Shown: positions 49,856 to 60,473 of the stretch, one piece after another | Position numbering within the stretch: the stretch's first letter is position 1 | Layout: each line of letters begins with the position of its first letter | NCBI GenBank assembly: GCA_965240325.2 | Contig: OZ251236.1 | Location: forward strand, 1 to 64,000 | Source: Rebecca billardiae RCC1528 | Lineage: Eukaryota; Protista; Haptophyta | DNA: 64,000 nt | Direction: 5' to 3' | Notes under the pieces: model-generated | What the model saw: the letters and a program-made list of their open reading frames with translations, nothing else | Told to the model about the DNA's origin: nothing | The model's database searches: none | Program-made: the position numbers and the translations under genes

Positions 49856-50155
49856 ATGGACCTTTTCAACGTGCAGCCCGTCGCGTTCGAGCTGGAGAAG
49901 CACAGCACGTGCGCGAGCCACGGCAAGCACCGCGCGTACCACGCCAACGGCCACTACCACTGCGCGCACCGCGAGGCGGACGTGGTCGACCTTGTGCCGG
50001 CGGTGGCGCTCGACGGCGCGGACGCGCTCGACACGGTCACGGACGTGGCGGAGGTGGCGGACGCAGCGGTGGAGGAGAAGCACCACACGTGCGCAAGCCA
50101 CGGCAAGCACCGCGCATACCACGCCAACGGCCACTTCCACTGCGCGCACCGCTAA
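49856..50155 (+). CDS. His/Cys-rich tandem-core small protein, copy C
   Basis: Intact 300-nt ORF. Confidence 0.9.
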   Translation: MDLFNVQPVAFELEKHSTCASHGKHRAYHANGHYHCAHREADVVDLVPAVALDGADALDTVTDVAEVADAAVEEKHHTCASHGKHRAYHANGHFHCAHR

Positions 50156-51191
50156 GCTCGGCGCCGTGCGTGCGCGCTCACCGCCAAGATTGAGCCTTGC
50201 TTTGCCGCGCGAGGGGCGAGCAGGCACGAGGCGCCGCCAAGGCGACGTGGCAAGACGTCATGACGTGGCTTGCAGCGTCCTGACTTGACGAACCCATGCG
50301 CAGCGCGCCGTCGTCATCTTCACAGGCAGTGACAGCACCGGGCTGCGGGCGCCTGACCGACGAGGGGCCGGCCGGGGTCGCCATCGATTGGGTGCTGACG
50401 GCCGACCGATCTGCGGGCCACTGGCACCGAGCATCAGTCTCACGACTTCCCCGTACAGTAGGCTACTGCTAGCTGATGCTGATCCAGACGGATGCTGGCT
50501 CGCCCCACGCGCGTATAGTATATATTAGCAGCAGCAGCAGCTGCCAATGCTGACTGTATATAATGCTCGTCGGCCGTCCGACAGTGCCGACTTAGTCTTA
50601 CACGTGACACGGGCTTAGTGACTGCCCGGCTCGTCTTCAAGCGGCAGCTCATCAAGCGCACATGCCGGATGCGGCTGACATCGGTCATCGCGGATGCGTG
50701 GCGCCGCATACAGTTTACTGAGAATAAGAGACGCGCGCACACAGCTCAGGCAGGCGAGATCGACAGTGGCTGTCTGCTGTGCGCGTTCCGCGTGCGCACG
50801 ACGCCGTGTGGGCCACATCGTCATCGCTCCGCAGCTATGACCTGTCGGCGCAACAACCAGCGGCGCGAGGCAGTCGCCGAGCCGCTCACGTGCCAAGCCA
50901 CCGAGGCACGCATGCCTCTGCTGCGCGCTGTGCAGTGCCGTGGGCGTCCACGGCGGCAGCGTCACAGGGCTCTACAGTGGGCGAGTCGCCACCGCGTGGG
51001 TCACGGAAGCAGCAGCGGTGGACCCCTCGCCTGCGAGACGAGTAACGCATCTACGGGGCGAGGACACTCTCACTCCGCGAGGAGGCGTGGCTCAAGGTCC
51101 ACGCCGACACGCGACCCGCCCGCGCGGCGTGCACGAGGACGCCATGCTCGCGAGTCTCATCGCGATCGAGATCGTACTGTATTGTAACCTA

Positions 51192-51822
51192 CAGGGGGGT
51201 CCAGATGGTGGCGGGTACTTCGATGGTGGCTGGCCAGGTAGTGCGGCACGTCCGTGCCTCTGGACGGGCATTGAGCCGTGGCGAGGTCGCCAAATCGCGC
51301 GGCGTGGTCCCAGAGAAGGCTGCTGCTATCACTGACCAGCTTGCTAGCCATGCCGGTCGTTGATCGCCCCGCCGTTGACAGGCGCGCACACGCCACGCGT
51401 AATCGCATGGCAGCCGTGTCGGACGGCGGTCGCACGACTACCGCGTAGCCAACATTGATCGTCAGACTCACGACTTGTGGGGTCAGGCAGAACATTGATA
51501 GGTCTGCACCCTCGCCTGGCATGCCCCAGAGGTCAACACAGCCATCAGAAGGGTGATCCTGCCCACTACTTGCCCATCCTTCCCATGCGCAGTCTCGCGC
51601 GCGCCGGTCACACGATGACGTGGACGTGGACGTGAGAGTGGTCGAAAAGTCGGAAGGGAAGCTGTCAGTCACGCACGCGCGCTCGTACGGCGACGCCGAC
51701 CGGCGAGTGCAACGCCCCCCTGTCCCGGACGTTGCACTCGCGCCTTGGATCGCGGTGGGACGGCCATTCACGCCCGCCATGGCTTCCCTTCAAAACTCCC
51801 CAACTTCATCTGGACCCCCCTG
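51192..51822. mobile_element. Non-autonomous Tc1/mariner-type element
   Basis: Perfect 16-bp TIR CAGGGGGGTCCAGATG; TA on both flanks (51190-51191 and 51823-51824). Confidence 0.88.
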
Positions 51823-52052
51823 TACAGTAGGCTCCGGTCCGGCCGTGACCGTTCGGCGTTCGCGCCCATCCGAGCGACCGCATGCATTATCTAGATTCTA
51901 GATTCAAGCTAGAGAAGCAGTCGAGATTGTGAGTTGTCAAGCGGCATCGAAAGCGGAGATCTTGAGATCTTGAGATTGTCGCGGGTAAAACGAGCGACGT
52001 CGGCGGCTCGGCGCCACTTCGGCTGATTCGGCTCGTTTTTGGCAAAGGCTTT

Positions 52053-52274
52053 GCGTACCACGCCAACGGCCACTACCACTGCGCGCATCGCGAGGCGGAC
52101 GTGGTCGACCTCGTGCCGGCGGTGGCGCTCGACGGCGCGGACGCGCTCGACACTGTGGCGGACGTGGCGGAGATGGCGGACGCGTCGGTGGAGGAGAAGC
52201 ACCACACGTGCGCGAGTCACGGCAAGCACCGCGCGTACCACGCCAACGGCCACTTCCACTGCGCGCACCGCTAA
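52053..52274 (+). pseudogene. 5'-truncated His/Cys small protein, copy D
   Basis: Lacks the first 26 codons; no in-frame ATG downstream of the in-frame TGA at 51963. Confidence 0.85.
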
Positions 52275-53336
52275 GCTCGGCACCGTCCGTGCGCCGTAAC
52301 CGCCGGGTGGGGGGCCGTACAGGCCCGCGACCGAGGCGGCGTGGCAAGGCGTCGTGACAAGCACTTGGGGCGGCCTGGTGCAGATCGTCCACGCGCGACG
52401 TGCACTACTCATCGGCATGTGCTGCCGAGCGGGGCACAGTGAGTGCTTCCGCATGCAGCCGATGGCCGGCCCGTGGCTGCGGCTTCTGACTCCGGGACGC
52501 ACTGACTTGCGGGCCCTGACGGGTCCGGGAGGCCGCCGGGCAAGTAGGATTGTTCAGCACAGATTCGTACGTCATCGTATAGTCGAGCATCACGCTAAGC
52601 CATCGTGAATTTGCCCTCAGCCGGGGGTTGGGACCACGTGAGTGCACTATATATATATCTCGACATTGGCTGCAGTCAGCAGTTAGCACAGCAATGCCGC
52701 ATTCCGTCGCCCGGGTCCGCGCGACCGCCGAGTCGGCGACAGTCTCCCGCGCCCGACCCGCGACCTGTCAGCCTACCCCCGGATGCCCGGATGGCCTACC
52801 GCCTGCTAGTAGTACGCGCACAGGACGGACAAGGTGGCATGGGTCGTCGGGCCAGGTCTGGTTTACAGCCCGTGGCGGCGTGGCGCGGCAGCGAGGATGG
52901 TGCACCATAGCTGGTAGCATCAGCATGCGAGGCAAGCGCAACCGCGCCCGAACGGCTTGGCGGACACCGGGTGCGCAGACACTCCGACAGCGCGTGCAAC
53001 CGCCGGCGTGGCCGGTGAGCATGCGCATCTGAGATTGCAGACTAGCCGCGTGTGTGACGTCTTGGCCGTCCGCGATCATTCCTTCTGACTTCTCAAACCT
53101 CGGACTAAAAAGGGTGTCGTGGGAATCGTGAGCTGCCCATTTTTGGCGATTGGTGAGCTGCCGCCCCTTCTGGCAGCGGGCTCGACTTCGTAGTCGAGCC
53201 GCGCTTTGTACCGCAATTGCCCAATATTCGCCCAAAAAATGATCGCTGCGTCCTACAAACGCGGTCGTTTGCTCGGTTGCTGAGCAAGGCAAGCTCGCAC
53301 CCGCCTTCGCACCGCCCCGCACACGCCGCCGCCGCG

Positions 53337-53636
53337 ATGGACCTCTTCAACGTGCAGCCCGTGGCGTTCGAGCTGGAGAAGCACAGCACGTGCGCGAGCC
53401 ACGGCAAGCATCGCGCGTACCACGCCAACGGCCACTTCCACTGCGCGCACCGCGAGGCGGACGTGGTCGACCTCGTGCCGGCGGTGGCGCTCGACGGCGC
53501 GGACGCGCTCGACACGGTCACGGACGTGGCGGAGGTGGCGGACGCGGCGATGGAGGAGAAGCACCACACGTGCGCGAGCCACGGCAAGCACCGCGCGTAC
53601 CACGCCAACGGCCACTTCCACTGCGCGCACCGCTAA
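53337..53636 (+). CDS. His/Cys-rich tandem-core small protein, copy E
   Basis: Intact 300-nt ORF. Confidence 0.9.
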   Translation: MDLFNVQPVAFELEKHSTCASHGKHRAYHANGHFHCAHREADVVDLVPAVALDGADALDTVTDVAEVADAAMEEKHHTCASHGKHRAYHANGHFHCAHR

Positions 53637-54525
53637 GCTCGGTGGCCATGCGGCGTCCACCGCCGCGGTAACAGCCAATAGCCGCCGAGGCGGTGCCTGT
53701 CGCAACGGCGTGGCGTGTGCTTGCAGCATACCGGGGACGCAGTCCCGCGTGGCGCGCAGTCGTCGATGTCGTCTCTGTGGACGAGCGGAGATCATGATGC
53801 CACAGGCGAGCGGTCAAGATGACGATAGAGAATACGGGCGGCCGTGCTGGCGCGCCGCGGCCGCGGCTCCGCGGCCTCGGCCAGCTCCGAGTAGTCAGTC
53901 GACAGTCATCACGTTGCCTCGCCTTGCCTCCGCGGCCCACAGTCACGGATCTCGTCATCAGCAAATCCGACCGCAGTCGCGCGTCGCAGCATCAGCAGCA
54001 TATCTACGCTACTACGCGATGACTAATTAATCATATAGCGCTATACGGCCTGAGTCTAGTACGACTGTACTGTCACGCTACGCGGGGCTACTATAGCTAC
54101 TAGCTATATGAATGCGCACGCTCAGTCGCTCCGGCTCAGTCTCAGAAGACTCACTCATCATATACTGATGATGCGCTTAACTACGCGCAGTACTTAGTAG
54201 CAGTGACGACTGCTAAACGACAACGTGAGCCGAGCCGAGGCACGGAGCAGGCCAGTCGCCGCCGTCCGAAGAGTTGCCGCGCGCGCGTCTCATCTAAGCA
54301 GCTCATGCGCGCGCATCACGTGCGGCCGACTCTACACAGCACAGCCGCAGGCAGGGCACATGCGCCGAGGCCGCCAGCCGCCGCCAGCCGACCAGCCCGC
54401 TGCCGCCTATACTGGCGCGTGATGCGCATGTAATTATGCTGCGGGCGCGGGCCGGGCGTGGCCCAGCCCGCACTGCCACCCGCGCCGCCCACGACACCAC
54501 CGCGCGCACCGCTGAAGTCGAAGAA

Positions 54526-55920
54526 TCAGATCTCCACGTCCTCGCCGTCCTCGTCCTCGCCGAGCTCGTCGTCGCCGAGGTCGAGCAGCTTGTCGAGGTC
54601 ATCGTCCGAGTCGAGCGCGCCGCCCTCCGGCTGCGGCTCGGGCTCGGCTGGGCGCTCGGGTGCGGTGGGGCCGGCTGGCGGCGCGGCGACGGGCGCGGCG
54701 GCCGAGGCGGCCGCGGGCGTAGGCGGTGGTGGCTGCGCCGTGGGCACCGGCCCGCTCGGCGCCGCCGCCGCGCCGCCCGCCCCGCCGCCCGCCGGCTGCG
54801 CCACCGCGCCGCCCACCACCTCGAGGTCGGCGTCGTCGAACGCAAGCTCGCGCGCTATGCGGTCGGCCACGTCGTCCGCGGCGTGCGCGCGCGCGCCCGC
54901 ACCCGACGCGGCGGCGCCGCCCCCCACCGCGCCGCGCGCGCCCGCCGCCGAGCCCGCCGCGCCGCCCCTCGGCTCCGAGATTGCGATCTCCGAGATTGCG
55001 TTGAGATGCACCGAGCTGGCGAGGATCGCGTCCTTGAGGGCCTGCACGGCCTCAAAGTAGTTGCGCCAGAACGTGGCCTCGTCGATGCTGGCGGGGCGCG
55101 CGCGCGCGCGCGCGCGCGCGTGAGCGCCACGTCGCGCGGGGGCCGCGCGCCTCGGCCCGCGCGCGCGCGCACCGCGCGGGCACGAGCTCGAAGCGGCGCA
55201 CGCGCAGCGCCTCGTCCTCCGCGAGCGCGGCGAGGCACGTGGGCAGCGCGGCGTGCAGGTCGAAGGCGCGGCCGTCGGAAAGGTACAGCGCGCCGTCGGC
55301 GGCGCGCGCGGGGCCCTCGAGGAACGTGCTCTCCGAGCGCGAGAGCTCGAGGATCTGCGCCTTCAGATCCGCCTCGAGGATTTGGAAGCGCTCGGCTAGC
55401 ACGACCCAGGGCGGAGACGCGCCGGCCGCGTCGGCGGGCGTGGCGGCGGTGGCGCGCTGCGCCTCGGCGAGGGCGCGGGCGCGCTCGGTCTGGAAGTCGG
55501 CGATGTTCCCGTCGATCTTCTCCGCGACCGTCTCCTTCACGCGCAGCGCCGCGCCCCACAGCATCGCTGCGGCGGCGGCCGCGCGAGAGGGGCGGAGGCC
55601 TGAGTGAGCGCGCGCGCGCGCGCGCGCGGCCCCCGCTCAAGACGGCGCGGGCGCGGGCGCGGCGCGGCGCACATGTGAGCTCCGACGGGTCCGTCGGGAT
55701 CGGCGGCACCGACGGCGTCAGCCACGACGCGAGGCCTGCGCGGCGGCGGCGTGCCGCGCGTGAGCGGCGGCGGCGGCGAGCGCTCGGCGCGCTCGCTCGG
55801 CCGCGGCGCGCGGCGCGGCGCACCTCCGATGCTGGTCGACGCGTCGTCGGCGGCGGCTGGCGCGCCATCCGCCTGCAGCCGCCCTGTCAGCCACGAGTCG
55901 AACTCGTCCGCGTCCGCCAT
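54526..55920 (-). CDS. BSD-domain protein (SYAP1/BSDC1-like), 4 exons
   Basis: PPW..QILELS..FL and RFELVPARIDEATFWRNYF after splicing introns 55823-55736, 55672-55567 and 55172-55088; acidic tail. Confidence 0.88.
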
Positions 55921-56136
55921 GCGCACGCGGCGCCGGCCGCCTCCGCCTCCGCCCGCGGAGGTTCAGCAACGCCGCCGGTGGTCAAGGCGCGGGCGGCGGT
56001 GCGGACCGCATCCAAGCGGGGGGTGTCCGGAGCGGCGGCAGCCATGGCTGCCCCATAAGTCCGGCCCACAAGTGACAAGCCCAGCAAACTGGGCTGCTTC
56101 GGTGCTTTGCGACGTGGCCACGGCTCTCCGGGCGCC

Positions 56137-56559
56137 ATGGTGGGTGCCCGCCGCGCTCGCAGCGAGCCCGGGCAGCGGCGTCCCGCCCGCCCCGTCGCCG
56201 ACCGCTCCGCCCCCGCGCTCCCCTCGCCGCCTGCCTGCCCCCCTCGCGCGCGCAACAGCCGCACCAGATCCACGAGATCAAGGAGTTCCTCGTGACGGCG
56301 CGCCGGAAGGACGCCAAGTCGGTCAAGATCAAGAAGTCGCGCACGCAGGTGAAGTTCAAGGTGCGCTGCTCCAAGTACCTGTACACGCTGTGCGTGACGG
56401 ACCTGGAGAAGGCCGACAAGCTCAAGCAGAGCCTGCCGCCCGGTGCGCGCACCCGCGCACCCGCGCGCCCGCGTGGCGCGAGCGCGTCAGTGCGCGCTCA
56501 CACGCGCGCACCCGCGGCATTGCGCGCGCGCAGGCTTGACGGTGAAGGACATCTCCTAA
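56137..56559 (+). CDS. RPL38: 60S ribosomal protein L38 (eL38), 3 exons, 70 aa
   Basis: Exons 56137-56139, 56259-56442 and 56534-56559: [56 protein letters not shown]. Confidence 0.97.
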
Positions 56560-57399
56560 GCGGCGGGCGGCGGGGGCGCGCCGGCGCGGTGCCGGCGCGT
56601 GCGGGCGGACGCCTCCCGCTCGCGCCCGCGCCCAGCCCTCGGCTGGGCCGCAGGCGCGGCATCGAGCGGAGAGGCGGCCGCCACCCGGGGCCGGCGTGGC
56701 CAGGCGCGGCGGCGGCGGCGGCGGCGCTCGGCCGGGAGATGATCGGAGCGGCGGCGGAGGGCCGTGGGGTGACGCGGGCCGGCGCAGGCGGGGCGAGCGG
56801 GCCGGTGGCAGACGCGAACGGCGGCTCCCCGCCCGCCGCGGCGCCCACGAGGCTTGCGCTCCTTCGACCGGCCTCGGCACTCGGCACTCTCGATCGGCCA
56901 TCTGACCGGTGACCACTGACCGAGTCCGAGTCAGCTCGGCTGACACAATCATGGGCAGCGGCCCGAGGTGGGCGGGCTGAGCCCGGCTGTCCGGGCCAGG
57001 CTCGATGATTGACTCGACGCTGCCTGCCGGTCGTACTCGGCCCGGCCTCGGTGGGCGGGCTGGTGCCGGAGGGCGCCATCCATCTGTTCGTCAGATGATG
57101 CCCAGACATCTGATAATGCGCTAGGAGTTCCGATCTTCCTTCTTCAATTTGATGCCGGGCGCTTGATCAGGCTGCTGGCGGACCGAATTCCGAAAGCCGG
57201 AACTCGTGGGCAGCAGTGCCGCCAAAGTCCAAACGCGCATGAAAGTGCGCGCAAAACATTTCATTCTAGTATTTTTTCGCGCCTTTTCCGGGCATCGTCA
57301 TGGTGTACAGCGTCGAGAAGCTGACTCACCGCAGGCGCATGCATGCGATGCAGCCACCACTCCTCGCTCTCTGCTCGGACCTAGTCACGCCTCGCGGCC

Positions 57400-58095
57400 C
57401 TATCTCGACGCCAGCGGCACGCCTGCCGCGCGCGCCGCGGCCGCCGCGGTCAGCTCGCCGCCCGTGCTCGCGCGCGTCAGGCCGCGCGCCTCCGCAGTGC
57501 CGTCCGCGCCGGCCGCGCCGGCGGACGCGCCGCGCGCCTCGCGCGTGCGGACCGAATGCGCATGCAGCTCGTGCAGCGCCAGCTCGACGAGGGAGCGGCG
57601 CAGCTCGGGCGGCGGGCGGAGCACCTCGTCGAGGCTGATCCGACCGTCACGATCCGTGTCCCCCGCGCCGATCGCGCGCTCGAGCTCCGCGCGCTCCACG
57701 CGGCTGAGGCCGAGCGACTGGAGACCGCGCAGCGCCTCGCCGCGGTCGAGCGCGCCGCTGCCGTCCGCGTCCACGCCGTGGAAGAGGCGGCGGAGGGCGA
57801 GGCGGCCGACGTGCGAGTCGAGCGCGTCGACGATCTTCGTGGCCATCGCGCCGCGCCCCGCCTCGCCGTCCCGCCGCGCGCCGCCGCCGCCGCGGAGGCG
57901 CGAGACAAAGGCAGTCGTGCGCCTCGCGCCGAGGGCGACCGACTGCAACAGGCCGGCCTTGCGCGGCGGGGTGAGGGCGGGCGGCGGCGGCGGCGGGCTG
58001 GAGAAGGGGGCCGACACGCCGAGCGCCACGCCCCTCGTGAACGCCGCCGAGAGCGCGACGCACAGACCCAGCGTCGCGGCGACGGGCGAGTACAT
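57400..58095 (-). CDS. EF-hand pair protein with an N-terminal signal peptide
   Basis: EF loops DADGSGALDRGE and DTDRDGRISLDE; hydrophobic N-terminus. Confidence 0.8.
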   Translation of the reverse strand: MYSPVAATLGLCVALSAAFTRGVALGVSAPFSSPPPPPPALTPPRKAGLLQSVALGARRTTAFVSRLRGGGGARRDGEAGRGAMATKIVDALDSHVGRLALRRLFHGVDADGSGALDRGEALRGLQSLGLSRVERAELERAIGAGDTDRDGRISLDEVLRPPPELRRSLVELALHELHAHSVRTREARGASAGAAGADGTAEARGLTRASTGGELTAAAAARAAGVPLASR

Positions 58096-59181
58096 GCTGA
58101 TGACCGGCGACGGTGACCCGGCTGGTTCCGCCGCGACGCGTGTCACTGGCCGAAGGCGCCCGAAGGAATCGCAACGAGGCCCTTGTCCCAAGCTTCTGAT
58201 TAGTGCGAGAGATGCCCGTCGTTTGGCTCGTTTCTTTCGACATTTACCCGGTGGGACCGCTCAACGACTGCTCATTTTCAGCTCAAGTCATTTTCTGAGC
58301 TCAAGCGGCGGGCGCATTCGCGTTTCGGCCCAATCAGCGCGAGAGATCGCGAGCTCGGCTGCCAGATTGCGTCGCCGCGATACCGCGCGCGGTACCGGAG
58401 GAGATCGCCTTCTCGGCGCGTTAAAGACTGAAGGAACGGCCGGCCGCGCACGGACAGCGCCGGGGCTGCGAACGGGCGGCACGCGAGACGGTGTACAGGC
58501 GCCAGGGCGCGTCTCGCGCGACTTTCAACACACGGATTCACTGTCCTAGGCCCACGGCCCGCGTCACACTGCGGCGCGGCTCGCCCGGGGATGACGTGAC
58601 GGCTCGCTAGTCAGCGGCATGAGTGCGGGCTTGCCGCCTGTGGGCGTGCTGGTGCGCCCACCTGGGCACGTGCGGCCGGCGGTGGCGATCGCAGCCCTCG
58701 GGTGCGCAGAGCACTCCCGCGCACGCGCGTCCTGGGAAGACGATCCCGTCCGTCGCGCGACTGCCAGGGCAGCGGCGCGCGGCCGCGGGCTGCTCCGCAG
58801 CACTCACTCTGCAGGCAGCCGGCGCCCGAGAGCGGATTCTGAGCTCAGCATTCGAGCGCCGATGGCGCTCGGCGGCCGGCACGCGTGCGTGGGCCGCGCG
58901 TGCAAGGCGGCACGCCCTCGCATCCAGCATCGCGACGGGCGCCGCGTGCGACGTGCCTTGTCCCCGGCGCGCGACGGTTCGATGCGTCGTTACAGCCCGC
59001 CCACGTATGACGCACCCGCCACGATTAGTGAAGGACGTCGGTCGGCCTAAACCGCCTCGAAGTGTTTCTATTTGCGGCTCGGCCGGCCGGGCGGCGGCGA
59101 CGAAACTGTGCCAACCGAGCTGTTATTTCCAAGAACCCAATAACCACCCACCTTGCCGGCGGCGGACGCACGCGCGCGCCC

Positions 59182-60327
59182 ATGTCGTCGGCGACGGACG
59201 CGCAGCAGGTCGAGCGCGCGAAGGCCGAGCTGAGCGCCTCGGTGAAGACGCTGCTCGCCGCGCACAAGTCCGCGCGCGCCGCCGAGCCGCACGCCGCGCG
59301 CGGCATCGAGGGCGCGCTCGCGGGCCTCGTGCGCGAGCTGATGGGCTACGACGGCACGCGCCACCTCACCGCGGCGACGGTGCGCGAGGAGGGCGGCGCC
59401 GAGCTGCTCGGCGTGGTGCCCGACGCGGCTGCGCACGCGGGCGCCGGCGCCGGCGCCGGCGCCGGCGCGCGGCCGACCACCGGCGGCCACGGCGGCTCGC
59501 TCGGCGCGCGCGTCCCGGTGTGGGAGCGAGGGCTCGCCTGGGAGAAGCGGCGCGTGGAGCGGCTGAACGAGTGGCGGCGGCAGAAGGAGGCGGAGGAGAA
59601 GGCGGCGCTCGAGAAGGTGCAGCCCAAGCCCAAGCCCGCCTCCAAGTGGTCCCACGTCCAGTCCGTCATCCACCGCGAGCGCACGGCGGCCGAGCGCGGG
59701 CTGAAGGAGGCGGAGGAGGAGGCGACGCGTCTGCGCGAGGCCGCGGCGGCGGAGCAGCTGCACCAGCTGCTGCGCGCGCAGGTGGAGCTGGCGCTGGTGG
59801 ACAAGGCGCGGGCGGAGGACGACGCGATCGACTCCGCCTCCCGCGCCGCCGCCGAGTCCGAGGCGCGCGCCAAGGCGAGCGCCGAGGCGGCGGCGCGCGA
59901 GGCGGCCGAGTCGGCCGCGCGCGAGGCGGCGCGGCGCGAGGCGGCCATCCGGACGGCGTTCGGCGGCAAGGGGCTGGAGCGGCGCGCGTCGATGCCGAAC
60001 AAGCTGGCGTGGCGCGTTTCCTCGCCCGACCTGCTCTCGGGCAACCTCCTCCACGAGCACCGCGTCAAGGACCAGCTGACGCGCACCAAGGGCGTGTCCT
60101 TTGTGATGGGGCAGACGCGCGACACGCTCGAGGACGTCGTGCAGGCGGTGCTGTTCGACAAGGCGGAGTTCGACGAGCTCAAGGCGGCGCAGTGGTGGAA
60201 CGAGAACTCGCACCGCTTCGACGCGCAGCGGCGCAAGCTCGAGGCCGCGGCGAAGGCCGCCGAGTACGTGCCCCGCCCCACGATGGCCGGTCGGCGCGCG
60301 TCCTCCAACCTTGGCGGCACGGTGTAG
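59182..60327 (+). CDS. Hypothetical coiled-coil protein, 381 aa
   Basis: Strong GC3 bias; E/A/K/R helical middle; globular C-terminus (GVSFVMG..VQAVLFDK..AAQWW). Confidence 0.8.
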   Translation: MSSATDAQQVERAKAELSASVKTLLAAHKSARAAEPHAARGIEGALAGLVRELMGYDGTRHLTAATVREEGGAELLGVVPDAAAHAGAGAGAGAGARPTTGGHGGSLGARVPVWERGLAWEKRRVERLNEWRRQKEAEEKAALEKVQPKPKPASKWSHVQSVIHRERTAAERGLKEAEEEATRLREAAAAEQLHQLLRAQVELALVDKARAEDDAIDSASRAAAESEARAKASAEAAAREAAESAAREAARREAAIRTAFGGKGLERRASMPNKLAWRVSSPDLLSGNLLHEHRVKDQLTRTKGVSFVMGQTRDTLEDVVQAVLFDKAEFDELKAAQWWNENSHRFDAQRRKLEAAAKAAEYVPRPTMAGRRASSNLGGTV

Positions 60328-60473
60328 TACTGCGTGTAGCGCGCAGCGCGTCCATTCGGCCTGCCTTCGGCTTTCGTGCCGGCCACGGCCACGGGTCAGG
60401 CCCGGCCAGCAGCGCATTCGAGCCGCGGAGCCGGATGGCGACAGCCGCGCCGCTGCCAATCGCCCACGGTGCG

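Noticed and set aside
51157-51780. 207-aa ORF inside the TIR element as a cargo gene
   Set aside because: No recognisable motif, it crosses the element boundary, and codon usage is non-host.
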